Shown piece by piece: positions 9,715-18,896 of a stretch of 64,000 bases of DNA. Made by a program: the position numbers and the translations under genes. Source of the DNA: an uncultured Planctomycetales bacterium (GTDB lineage Bacteria; Planctomycetota; UBA1135; JACQFD01); the NCBI GenBank assembly GCA_964545855.1, contig CAZJHD010000015.1, forward strand, positions 9,087 through 73,086. Direction: 5' to 3'. The notes below the pieces were generated by a model. It was not told the DNA's origin and ran no database searches. It was given only the letters and a program-made list of their open reading frames with translations. Position 1 is the stretch's first letter; each line of letters starts with the position of its first letter.

Positions 9715-11055
9715 TTGGAGCATCGGTTCGGCGAGCTCCGGAGGATCCTCGGCCCCGCGACGGGGATCGCGGTGTGCGTCGGGAGCGCCGTCGGCGCCGG
9801 GATCCTGCGGACTCCCGGCGAGATCGCCCAGGGGCTCCAGGCGGGCCACTGGATCCTCGCCGTCTGGGTCCTCGGCGCCGTCGTCGCGATCCTCGACGTG
9901 CTGATCCTGGCCGAGATGGCGGCGTCGGTGCCGCGGGTGGGAGGTCTCGTCGCCTACATCCACCTCTCCTACGGGCCGTCCGTCGCGTTCGTGGCGGGCT
10001 GGGTGATCCTGCTCGTCACCTGGCCCGGCTCGATCGCGTCCGTCGCCGTCGCCGCCGGCGAGATCCTGGCGGGCGGCGCCGAATCCCTCGCGACGGGTGC
10101 GGAGCCATCGGCGCTCGGACGCACGATCACCGTGGCGATCATCGTCGGGCTCGGCGGGCTGAACCTCCTCGGCCTCCGCTTCGGTGCGCGGCTGGAGGTG
10201 GCGCTCAACTTCGGCAAGGTGGCGCTCCTCGCGGGCGTGTTCCTCGCGGCCGCCGTGGCGGCACCGGCGGCGCCCGCGCCCACGGTCGCGCCGTCCGTGG
10301 GCATTCCCGTGGCCGGCGCCTTCGTCGGCGCCATGGTGGCCGTGCTCTTCTCCTACGACGGGTACGCCGACGCCATCTACATGGCCGGCGAGACGCGCGA
10401 CCCGGGCCGCGCGCTGCCGCGCGCGATCCTGCTCTCGCTCGGGACGATCACCGCGCTCTACCTGCTCGCGAACGTGGTCTTCCTCCACGCGCTCGGCGCC
10501 GAGGGGATGTCGCGGTCGAAGTTCGTGGCCCTCGACCTCGTCGAGCGTGCCTTCGGGTCGCCGGGCGGCGTCGTGCTCACGGCCGTCGCCGCCTTCGGCA
10601 TGATCGGCGCCATCAACTCGTACCTCCTGACGGGTCCGCGGATCGCGCGCCTCCTCGCCGAGGAGCGTCTCGCGCTGCCGATCTTCGGCCGCGTGAGCGC
10701 CGCCGGCTCGCCGGTCTTCGCGACCTGCTGGCTCGTCGCGGTCTCCGTGCCCCTCGCCCTCACGCAGACCTTCGGCGAGCTCCTGGAGCTGACGGTGCCC
10801 CTCATCTGGGCCACGAACCTTTGCGTGGCGGCGGGCCTCTGGATCCAGCGCGTCCGCGCGCCGGAGCGCCCGCGGCCCTTCCGCGTCCGGTGGATGCCCT
10901 TCGTGGTGGGAGGACAGCTCCTCTTGGGGGCGGCCTTCTTCGTGAGCGCCGCCTGGAGCAACCCCATGTCGCTGGCCGTCGACGCGGCCGTCGTCGCGGC
11001 GGGCTTCGCCCTCTTCGCGATCCTCCGGCGCGTGGGGAGCACCCGTGCGCGGTGA
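9715..11055 (+). CDS. APC family amino acid permease
   Basis: TM1 motif VGSAVGAGILRTPG, AEMAASVPRVGG, FSYDGY, GETRDPGRALPRAI; about 12 TM; TTG start abuts the upstream TGA. Confidence 0.9.
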   Translation: MEHRFGELRRILGPATGIAVCVGSAVGAGILRTPGEIAQGLQAGHWILAVWVLGAVVAILDVLILAEMAASVPRVGGLVAYIHLSYGPSVAFVAGWVILLVTWPGSIASVAVAAGEILAGGAESLATGAEPSALGRTITVAIIVGLGGLNLLGLRFGARLEVALNFGKVALLAGVFLAAAVAAPAAPAPTVAPSVGIPVAGAFVGAMVAVLFSYDGYADAIYMAGETRDPGRALPRAILLSLGTITALYLLANVVFLHALGAEGMSRSKFVALDLVERAFGSPGGVVLTAVAAFGMIGAINSYLLTGPRIARLLAEERLALPIFGRVSAAGSPVFATCWLVAVSVPLALTQTFGELLELTVPLIWATNLCVAAGLWIQRVRAPERPRPFRVRWMPFVVGGQLLLGAAFFVSAAWSNPMSLAVDAAVVAAGFALFAILRRVGSTRAR

Positions 11056-12895
11056 GCCCCGGCGCCCGGCGGCGCTCGCCCTCGGCGCGGTCGCCGTCGC
11101 GATCGGGATCGCGTCGCTCGACGCCGCCTGCGCGAAGGGCGCCGGGCCGGCGCCCGCACCGGCATCGAAGTCCCGCGTCGGCCAGGAATGCGCCGAATGC
11201 CACTCGGGGTACGTCGACGGGTATCGCCGAACGGGGATGGCGCGCGCGCTCGGTCCCATCGAGCCGGGCGAATTCGACGGGCTCGGCGCCGTGAACGACG
11301 GCGACTCGGGATTCCGCTACCGGCTCGGGCAGGACGGCGGCGGGAGCTTCGTCGTCGAGAGCTTCCACGCCGCAGCGTCCTCCTGGGAGCGCCGCCTCCC
11401 GCTCGCCTTCGCCATCGGCGCGGGCATCCTCGACCGGTCCTACGTGGCGCGCGACGGATCCCGGATCGCGTTCGCGCCCTTGGAGGTGCTCTCGGCGACG
11501 GAGACCGCTCCGCGCCACGCGGACCTCGCGCCGGGACACGCGATCCGGCCGGGGCTGCGCTTCGGAACGGGGATCACCGAGGAGTGCCTCGCGTGCCACA
11601 CGGACTCCCTTCCGGAGCGCGGCTACCCGCTCGCGCTCGCCCCCGATCTCGCGGGATCCGCCGGCTTCGAGCCGCGAGGGATCTCCTGCGGCGCGTGCCA
11701 CCCGTCGGCGACGGAGCACGCCGCGTGGCAGGAGCGCGCGGCGCGCGGCACGCGGCCGCAGGCGCCAGACCCGATCGCGAGCCCGCCACCGCGCGGATCG
11801 ATCGAGCGTCTGTCGCTCTGCGCGCGCTGCCACCTCCAGGGCGACGCACGCATCCTGCTCGAGCCCGGCGCGCGCGGCGTGCCGGCGCCCGGGGGCGATC
11901 TCCTCGGTGCGATGGCGGTCTTCGTCGACGCGGAGCCGAGCGACGCGATCGCCTTCGTGAGCCACGTGGAGCGGATGGTGCTCTCGCCCTGCTTCGAGCG
12001 CGCGGCGGAGTCGGCGCTCCCGCGCATGGAATGCACGTCGTGCCACGATCCGCACGTCTCGGTGTTCGAGGCCGACGGGCGCCGCGAGGCGCGCGCGGGC
12101 TGCGTCCGCTGCCATGCCGCTGGCGACGGCCCTTCGCCGGGTCGCGAGCGCCCCTGTGCGCTCCCGGGTCCGCGTCGTGGCGACGCCGCATGCTCCTCGT
12201 GCCACATGCGGCGGACGGGCGTGTTCGACGTCGCCACGGTCGCGATCCACGACCACCGGATCGCGCGCGTTCCCCCGCCGCCCTCGCCCGCCACGGCGCT
12301 GCGGCTCAAGGGCTCCGAGGGCGGCCGCGTGCGTCCGTTCCGATGGCCCGGAGCACCGATGCCGTCGTGGGCGGACGACCCGGGCATCGAAATGATGGGG
12401 CGGCTCGCGGCGGGTCACGCTGGAGCGGCGGCGGCGCTCGTCGACGCGGCGCCGGGCGCCTTCGCTTCGCGGCTCGCGACGTACCAGCATCTCCGGGGAA
12501 CGATCCTGGAGAGCGCCGGCCGGCGCGAGGACGCCGAGCGCGCCTACCGATCCGCCCTCGCGCTCGATCCCGCCGCCGCGGAGTCCGCCGTGAACCTGGG
12601 CCCGCTGCTCGGGAATCTCGGCCGCGCCTCGGAGGGAGTGGGTGTCCTCGACCGCGTGGTCGAGGCCCATCCCCTGGCGGACGGAGCGTTGCGCAACCGC
12701 GCGCTCCTGAAGCTGCAGATGGGCGACGAGGCGGGCTTCGTCGCCGACCTGGAGGCCGCGTTCCGCATCCAGCCGAACGCGCCCTCGGCGCGCGCGCTCG
12801 CGCAGATCCACGGGCAGCGCGGCGATTCCGCGCGCGCGCGGCTCTGGACGGCCGAGGCGGCGCGTCTCGATCCGCCGGCCCGGCCACACCGGTAG
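11045..12895 (+). CDS. Exported multiheme c-type cytochrome with C-terminal TPRs (7 CxxCH)
   Basis: CAECH, CLACH, CGACH, CARCH, CTSCH, CVRCH, CSSCH; N-terminal hydrophobic segment ending LDAAC; C-terminal TPRs. Confidence 0.88.
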   Translation: MRGEPRRPAALALGAVAVAIGIASLDAACAKGAGPAPAPASKSRVGQECAECHSGYVDGYRRTGMARALGPIEPGEFDGLGAVNDGDSGFRYRLGQDGGGSFVVESFHAAASSWERRLPLAFAIGAGILDRSYVARDGSRIAFAPLEVLSATETAPRHADLAPGHAIRPGLRFGTGITEECLACHTDSLPERGYPLALAPDLAGSAGFEPRGISCGACHPSATEHAAWQERAARGTRPQAPDPIASPPPRGSIERLSLCARCHLQGDARILLEPGARGVPAPGGDLLGAMAVFVDAEPSDAIAFVSHVERMVLSPCFERAAESALPRMECTSCHDPHVSVFEADGRREARAGCVRCHAAGDGPSPGRERPCALPGPRRGDAACSSCHMRRTGVFDVATVAIHDHRIARVPPPPSPATALRLKGSEGGRVRPFRWPGAPMPSWADDPGIEMMGRLAAGHAGAAAALVDAAPGAFASRLATYQHLRGTILESAGRREDAERAYRSALALDPAAAESAVNLGPLLGNLGRASEGVGVLDRVVEAHPLADGALRNRALLKLQMGDEAGFVADLEAAFRIQPNAPSARALAQIHGQRGDSARARLWTAEAARLDPPARPHR

Positions 12896-12921
12896 CCTTC
12901 TCGACGGAGGTCTCGCCCCCG

Positions 12922-14544
12922 ATGTTCACGTTGCACCCGCTCGCGTCGCTCCTGCTGTCCGCCGCCGCCCACTCCGATGCCCCGGCTCCCGCGCCGGCAC
13001 GCGCCCCGGGCCTTCGCTTCGAGGTGTCCTTCTCGGAGGCGGCGCATGCCGGGCCGCTCACCGGCCGCGCCTACGTCGCCATCAGCCGCGACGGCGCGCG
13101 GCCGCCGATCCGCCAGGCGGGGCCGACGGGCGCACCGCTCTTCGCGAAGGACGTCGTCGCGCTCGCACCGGGCGCACCGGTCCTGTTCGACGCGTCGGTC
13201 TTCGGGCATCCCGTCGAGAGCCTCGCCGGGATTCCCGCCGGCGAGTACTTCGTGCAGCCCTTCTTCAACGTCTACACGGAGTGCAAGCGCGCCGATGGCC
13301 ACACGGTGTGGGTGCACCTCGACCGCTGGGAGGGGCAGGACTGGCGCCGGTCTCCCGGCAACCTCTTCGGCGAGCCCGTGCGCATGAGTCTCGACCCGTC
13401 CTCCGACGAGCCGGTGCGGCTCCTGTGCGACCGCGCGATCCCGCCGATCGAACCCCCCGCCGATACGGCGCAGGTGAAGCGCTTCCGCATGCGCAGCGAG
13501 ATGCTGAGCCGCTGGTGGGGCGTTCCGATCGATCTCGGCGCCACGGTGCTGCTCCCCAAGGGCTACGACGAGCATCCGGACGCGCGGTATCCGGTGATCT
13601 ACCAGCAGGGCCACTTCTCGACGCGGGCGCCCTACGGCTTCGGGAGCGGCGGCGACTTCGACCGCCTGTGGCTCGCCGAGTCGACGCCGCGGTTCCTCCT
13701 CGTCACGTTCCAGCACCCGACGCCCTACTACGACGACTCCTACGCGGTGAATTCCGAGAACAACGGACCCTACGGGGACGCGCTGCTGCAGGAGCTGCTG
13801 CCGGAGGTGGAGCGGCGCTTCCGCGCCATCGGCGCGCCGTGGGCGCGGCTCCTGACGGGCGGCTCGACGGGTGGCTGGGAGGCGCTCGCGCTGCAGATCT
13901 TCCACCCCGACGCCTTCGGCGGCTGCTGGGCGAGCTGTCCCGATCCGGTCGACTTCCGCGCGCACCAGATCGTGAACATCTACGAGGACGCGAACGCCTA
14001 TTGGATCGACGCCGGGTGGACGCGCGTCGAGCGGCCGAACCTGCGGCGCGTCGACGGCAACATCGTCTCGATGATGAAGGACGAGAATCTCTACGAGCTC
14101 GTCGTGGGCGAACGCTCGCGCTCGGGAGGGCAGTGGGACATCTGGGAGGCGACCTTCAGCCCCGTCGGCCCGGACGGCTACCCGCTCCGCCTCTGGGACA
14201 AGCGGACGGGCGTGATCGACCGGGCCGTGGCCGAAGCGTGGAAGGAGCGCTTCGACCTGCGCCACGTCCTGGAGACCAAATGGTCGACGCTCGGGCCGGC
14301 GCTCGCCGAGAAGCTCCACGTCTACGTCGGCGACGACGACTCCTACTACCTCGAGAACGCCGTGCTCCTGCTGGAGGAGTTCCTGCGCTCGGCGAAGGAG
14401 CCGGAGTTCCGCGGCACGATCGAGTACTGCCGCGCGAAGGGGCATTGCTGGGGGCCGACCGCCGAGCAGCTCCTGCCGCTCCTCCTCGATCACCTCGAGC
14501 GGACGATGCCCGAGGGCGCGGACGGGAAGTCGTGGCGGTACTGA
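12922..14544 (+). CDS. Secreted alpha/beta-hydrolase (putative esterase family)
   Basis: Start MFTLHPLASLLLSAAA; nucleophile elbow GGSTGGWEAL; YVGDDDSYYL and GHCWG as candidate Asp/His segments. Confidence 0.78.
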   Translation: MFTLHPLASLLLSAAAHSDAPAPAPARAPGLRFEVSFSEAAHAGPLTGRAYVAISRDGARPPIRQAGPTGAPLFAKDVVALAPGAPVLFDASVFGHPVESLAGIPAGEYFVQPFFNVYTECKRADGHTVWVHLDRWEGQDWRRSPGNLFGEPVRMSLDPSSDEPVRLLCDRAIPPIEPPADTAQVKRFRMRSEMLSRWWGVPIDLGATVLLPKGYDEHPDARYPVIYQQGHFSTRAPYGFGSGGDFDRLWLAESTPRFLLVTFQHPTPYYDDSYAVNSENNGPYGDALLQELLPEVERRFRAIGAPWARLLTGGSTGGWEALALQIFHPDAFGGCWASCPDPVDFRAHQIVNIYEDANAYWIDAGWTRVERPNLRRVDGNIVSMMKDENLYELVVGERSRSGGQWDIWEATFSPVGPDGYPLRLWDKRTGVIDRAVAEAWKERFDLRHVLETKWSTLGPALAEKLHVYVGDDDSYYLENAVLLLEEFLRSAKEPEFRGTIEYCRAKGHCWGPTAEQLLPLLLDHLERTMPEGADGKSWRY

Positions 14545-14573
14545 ACGCGCCGTGCGCCTATCCTGGCCCGCCC

Positions 14574-14948
14574 ATGGCATCCCTCTCCGAGCACATCACG
14601 AAGGCGATGAAGTTCTTCGCCTCCAAGAAATTCGAGGAGGCGAAGCGCGAGTACGAGTCGGCGCTCGCCGTCGATCCCTCCTTCACGACGGCGATGCACG
14701 GCATCGCGGCGTGCCTCTTCCAGCAGGAGCGGTGGGACGAGTCGATCGCCGTCGGCGAGAAGATCCTCGCGATCGACGCGAACGACGCCGACGCCCAGGG
14801 CCACGTCTCGCGCTGCTGGATGCGCAAGGGTGACGTGCCGCGCGCGGAAGCCGAGGCGGCGAAGGAGAAGGCGATCCGCTGGCGGCTGCAGCTGAAGGAG
14901 CAGAAGCAGAGCGGCGGCGGGAGCACCGCCCCGCCCGCGTCTTCCTAG
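14574..14948 (+). CDS. Small TPR protein
   Basis: MASLSEHITKAMKFFASKKFEEAKREYESALAVDP...; 2-3 TPR-like helix pairs; strong codon bias. Confidence 0.8.
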   Translation: MASLSEHITKAMKFFASKKFEEAKREYESALAVDPSFTTAMHGIAACLFQQERWDESIAVGEKILAIDANDADAQGHVSRCWMRKGDVPRAEAEAAKEKAIRWRLQLKEQKQSGGGSTAPPASS

Positions 14949-14969
14949 CCAAGCTGTTCGATCCGGCGG

Positions 14970-15962
14970 TCATCCCGGGACGCGGACCAATCCGCGCGCG
15001 CGGAGACCGTCGACGGTCTCGCGGAGCACACGGCGCATCGGCGCCGGGGAGAATCCGAGGTCGCGCGAAGCCTTCGCGCCGTCGAAGAAGAGGAAGACGG
15101 AGAGCGCCCGCAGGCCTGGCCCGGAGACTCCACCCGTCGAGATGCCGAGGGCCGAGACGCCATCGAGGAGCACGGCGAGCGTGCTCATGATCGCGCGCCC
15201 CGCCTCGTGACGCGGAGGCGGCACGGTCATCTCCGCAGCCGCGATCCCGAGCACCTGCGCCCACGTGAGGTTCTCGCTGCCGAGCACGTAGCGCTCGCCA
15301 CGGCGGCCGCGGGTCCAGGCGGCGAGGTGCCCCTCCACCGCGTCGCGCACGCCGATACAGGTGGTTCCCCCGCGAGGCACGAAGGGGATGCGGCCGTCGC
15401 GGAGCCGGAGGAGGAACCTCTCCGTATTGCCGCGGCTCTCGGCGCCGAAGATCGAGCCTGGATTCACGATCACGGCGTCGAGACCCGACGCGCACGCTTG
15501 GAGGACCTCCACCTCGGCCAGGTGCTTCGTCGTGAAGTAGTCGATGCGCAGCTCGGCGGAGTTCCACGGCGCCGACTCGTCCTGGGGAGTTCCGTCGAGG
15601 GTGTGCGCGCAGGCCGAGATCGACGATGTGTGGACGAGACGAGGCACCCGCGCGCGGCGGCACGCCTCGGCGACGGCACGGGTGCCGAGAACGTTGGTGC
15701 GGACCAGCTCGTCGCGGTCCTCCGGGCGATAGGAGATCGCGCCGGCGACGTGGAACACGACGTCGCAGCCGTCGAAGGCCCGGGCGAGCGCGGCCGCGTC
15801 GGTGAGATCGGCCTCGGCCCAGTTCACGGGCAGGCGAGCGAGGCGGTCGGTGACGCTCGTGCTCCGGCGCAGGGCGACGACCTCGTGTCCTCGGTCGAGG
15901 AGCGCCGACGCGAGCGCGGATCCGACGAAGCCCGTCGCGCCGGTGACGAAGGCGCGGGCCAC
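14970..15962 (-). CDS. NAD-dependent epimerase/dehydratase (extended SDR, HpnA/dihydroflavonol reductase-like)
   Basis: VTGATGFVG, VFHVAG, NVLGT, HTSS, YFTTKHLAE (YxxxK), VNPGSIFG. Confidence 0.9.
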   Translation of the reverse strand: MARAFVTGATGFVGSALASALLDRGHEVVALRRSTSVTDRLARLPVNWAEADLTDAAALARAFDGCDVVFHVAGAISYRPEDRDELVRTNVLGTRAVAEACRRARVPRLVHTSSISACAHTLDGTPQDESAPWNSAELRIDYFTTKHLAEVEVLQACASGLDAVIVNPGSIFGAESRGNTERFLLRLRDGRIPFVPRGGTTCIGVRDAVEGHLAAWTRGRRGERYVLGSENLTWAQVLGIAAAEMTVPPPRHEAGRAIMSTLAVLLDGVSALGISTGGVSGPGLRALSVFLFFDGAKASRDLGFSPAPMRRVLRETVDGLRARGLVRVPG

Positions 15963-15969
15963 GGGCCGA

Positions 15970-16992
15970 TCAGAGCTGGCGCGCCGCCGCGCGGTAGACG
16001 TCGTCGGGAGGCGCGTCCGGTAGGTAGGGCGACACGAGCCCTTCGGGCTGCTGCTTCCAGCGCCGGTACATCCAGATCCATTGCTCCGGATGCGCGCGGA
16101 TCAGGTCCTCGAGGGCGGCGTTGAAGCGTCGGCTGTTCTCCATCGTGTCGGCGTCGCGGTCGTCCGTGCGCACGACCTCGATCTCGGGCCCGACGAGGAC
16201 GCGGTGACGGGTGGAGGAGCCTTCGCGCACGATGACGGCGGCGTAGACCGGCGCGCGGGCGCTCGCGACGAGGCGGGCCAGGCCCGAATTGGTCGACGCC
16301 GGAATCCCGAAGAACGGCGCGAAGATCCGCGTCTCCTTGCGCGCTGCCTGGTCGAAGGGGATCGCCACCATCCGGCCCTCCGAGAGGTCCCGGAGAATCG
16401 CGCGGGCGGCTTTCCCGCGCTCGATCTGGTGCGTGCCGAACCGGGTCCGGAGCTGGAGCAGCCAAGCGTCGAACAGCGGATTCGCCATCGGCCGGTTCAC
16501 GAGCGACGCCGGATGGCCATGGGAACTGACGGCGGCATGGAGGAACTCGAAGGACCCGAAGTGGCCCGTGAGGACGAGAACGCCGCGCTCTCGGCGCCGC
16601 GTGGAGAGCTCCACGATGCGCTCCGTCTCGCCCAGGAAGACGAGGTCGCGAACTTGCGCCGGAGACATGCGCCGGAGATGCACTGCGTCGGCCGCATACC
16701 GTCCCCAGTTCCGCCACATCTCCCGGCGGATGCGGTCGCGCTCGGCGGCGGACTTCTCCGGGAACGCGAGCCGGAGATTCGTCGTGGCGACCCGGTGGTC
16801 GCGCATTCGCAGAACGCGCGTCAGGGCGCCGTAGAACGAGCCGCCGGCGGCGCCGAGCGCGAGCGAGGAGCGAAGCGGCAGAGCGCCGAGCACACCCTCG
16901 ATCACACGGAAACAGACGTACTCCGCGACGTTCCAGAGACGGCCACGTCTCTTGCGGCGGCGCTTCGGACGTGGTCGGTCGAGATCAGCCAT
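15970..16992 (-). CDS. Lysophospholipid/lipid A acyltransferase (LpxL/HtrB family)
   Basis: Start MADLDRP; LTGHFGSFE (Hx4E), PFDQ, FFGIPA, HPEQWIWMYRRWK. Confidence 0.9.
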   Translation of the reverse strand: MADLDRPRPKRRRKRRGRLWNVAEYVCFRVIEGVLGALPLRSSLALGAAGGSFYGALTRVLRMRDHRVATTNLRLAFPEKSAAERDRIRREMWRNWGRYAADAVHLRRMSPAQVRDLVFLGETERIVELSTRRRERGVLVLTGHFGSFEFLHAAVSSHGHPASLVNRPMANPLFDAWLLQLRTRFGTHQIERGKAARAILRDLSEGRMVAIPFDQAARKETRIFAPFFGIPASTNSGLARLVASARAPVYAAVIVREGSSTRHRVLVGPEIEVVRTDDRDADTMENSRRFNAALEDLIRAHPEQWIWMYRRWKQQPEGLVSPYLPDAPPDDVYRAAARQL

Positions 16993-17083
16993 CGCCGCGC
17001 TCCAGGATGGCCCTCGAGGCCGAAGCGAACGTCCGTGCCCGGGCACGTGGGTCGCGCCCGGGAGCGGATCGGCGGCCGCGGAC

Positions 17084-17761
17084 TCAGATGCCGGCAAGCG
17101 CCGTACGGGCCGCGGCCCTCACGCCGGCGATCTCCTCGGTCGTCACGGTCTCCGCGGCCCACTTCGCGCGGTTGCGCTTGGTGGTCTCGAGATCCTCGGG
17201 CTTGAAGGGATCGGCGTAGCAGAAGCCGAAGGTATCTCGCTCCTTCTGGACGAGCTCCTGCGTCACCTTCTCGTCGATGAGCTTGTAGCGCTCGATCGCC
17301 TTGTCGTAGAGCGACTCGTCACCCTCGGCGCGCGCCATGGCCTTCGCGGCCGACTCGATCCAGCCGATGTGCCACGTCTCGTCGGCGGACACGGCCTCCA
17401 GGGTGTCGCGCGTCTCGGGATCGACGTCGGGGCGCGCGAGGTGCTGCTGGTACCTCGTGAAGGCGCGCTGCTCGACGACGACCGTCAGCGCGAAGATGTC
17501 GAAGAGCGTTCGCGGGAGCCCTTCGCGACCGATCCGACGCTGATAGCCGTCGTCCGGCGGCTCGACCTGACCCTTCAGATCCATGATCCGCTTGGTCCAC
17601 AGCCAAGCGTGGCGCGTCTCGTCCATGATGTGACGGGAGAGCGCCGTCTGCATGTCTCCCGGGCCGGTCATGGAGCACAGGCGGAGCAGCAGGCTCGCAC
17701 CGCGCATCTCGGCGTCGCGGTAGTAGGAGAAGACCTTCGCGAGGTGGGGATCGAATTCCAT
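17084..17761 (-). CDS. Ferritin-like diiron-carboxylate protein
   Basis: Start MEFDPH; ligand pattern E(DAEMRG)...DETRH...E(VVEQRA)...DETWH. Confidence 0.8.
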   Translation of the reverse strand: MEFDPHLAKVFSYYRDAEMRGASLLLRLCSMTGPGDMQTALSRHIMDETRHAWLWTKRIMDLKGQVEPPDDGYQRRIGREGLPRTLFDIFALTVVVEQRAFTRYQQHLARPDVDPETRDTLEAVSADETWHIGWIESAAKAMARAEGDESLYDKAIERYKLIDEKVTQELVQKERDTFGFCYADPFKPEDLETTKRNRAKWAAETVTTEEIAGVRAAARTALAGI

Positions 17762-17947
17762 GGGCGGGGCCCCGATGGTCCCTTCGGGATGGAGTCGGAG
17801 TGGCAGCGCGCGGAGCCCTCCTCTTGGGGATCCGCATGCATGGGGAAGCGGCCCCATCCCCGTGACGGTTCCACGAGGACATGGCCTGGCTGAGCGTGGG
17901 AGTCTTACGGACGGCCGAAAGGCGCGCAAGCGTTCAGAGACCGCGCG

Positions 17948-18226
17948 TCAGGAGCCTCCCCGAAGCCTGCGCCACAGGGTCCGGGCCCACCAGATCGGCG
18001 CGACGAGGACGACGGTCGGGTTCTTCCAGGACGCCGGGAGGTTGCCCTCGATGGCGTGCCCCGACCAGAGGATGCCCCAGCCGAGGAGATGCACTGCGAT
18101 CGCCCAGGGCCAGCTCCAGAAGAGGACGGCGAAGGATCCGACGACGATCGGGATGCCCACGGCGTGCAGCACCCGGTTCCACGGATGGCGATGCTCGCCC
18201 TCGTAGCTCTTCAGGTCGGCCTTCAC
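17948..18226 (-). CDS. DUF962/Mpo1-like small membrane protein (start uncertain)
   Basis: YEGEHRHPWNRVLHAVGIP...WSGHAIEGNLPA; His-rich pattern typical of DUF962; GTG 18226 chosen as start. Confidence 0.75.
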   Translation of the reverse strand: MKADLKSYEGEHRHPWNRVLHAVGIPIVVGSFAVLFWSWPWAIAVHLLGWGILWSGHAIEGNLPASWKNPTVVLVAPIWWARTLWRRLRGGS

Positions 18227-18406
18227 GGAGGAGGGAGTCGCGCGGTGATCGGGCCCCGCGCGAATTCGAGTTCTCTGGCTGCCCGTGGCGGAGGTGCTCC
18301 ACAGAGCGAGCGCGAGGCCCGCGCGGAGCTCCCATGACTTCGGCCACGGGCAGCTAGGATAGCCGGCCGACTCCACGCGACCGAACACCCCGACGAGCCA
18401 CACTCG

Positions 18407-18640
18407 ATGCCCGAACCCGAATACAAGATCACCGTCTCCCCCGACGACCAGCAGGTGGAGGTGACTCTGCGCGCCCCGAACGGGGACAAGTGGGAGTACG
18501 GCATCCCCTACAACACGGAGACGGGCCGCTTCGACTTCGAGGACATCAAGGTGATCGAAATCGATTTCGGGTCGGAGTTTGCGGAGAAGATGCTCGGAGA
18601 CATCCGCAATGCCGTGCGGAATTCCATCGAGGGCCGCTGA
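18407..18640 (+). CDS. Small acidic hypothetical protein (77 aa), paralog A
   Basis: Strong GC3 codon bias; gapless similarity to the next ORF. Confidence 0.8.
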   Translation: MPEPEYKITVSPDDQQVEVTLRAPNGDKWEYGIPYNTETGRFDFEDIKVIEIDFGSEFAEKMLGDIRNAVRNSIEGR

Positions 18641-18641
18641 G

Positions 18642-18866
18642 ATGACGAGCTACACCGTCGAGATCGATTCGAAGATGAACTGCGCGATGGTCCAGGTGCG
18701 GGAGGACTCGGGCGATCTGGTGGACTTCCAGATCGACTACTCGCCGACGACGGGGAACCTCGACTTCCAGGATCGCTTCCTCCTGGAGCGCGACTACGGC
18801 GAGGAGTTCATCCGAGGCATGGTCGCGGATCTGGAGCAGAAGATCCGCGCGACGATCGGAATCTGA
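18642..18866 (+). CDS. Small acidic hypothetical protein (74 aa), paralog B
   Basis: Start MTSYTVEID, 1 nt after the upstream TGA; 21 identities to paralog A by manual alignment. Confidence 0.8.
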   Translation: MTSYTVEIDSKMNCAMVQVREDSGDLVDFQIDYSPTTGNLDFQDRFLLERDYGEEFIRGMVADLEQKIRATIGI

Positions 18867-18896
18867 CGCGGCGGGCGAACGCGCGCCGGGAGTCGT

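Noticed and set aside
5317-11259. 1980-aa minus-strand ORF
   Set aside because: Antisense shadow of the S8, SGNH and APC genes; Arg/Gly/Ala-rich with no motifs; stop-free antisense frames are expected with strong GC3 bias.
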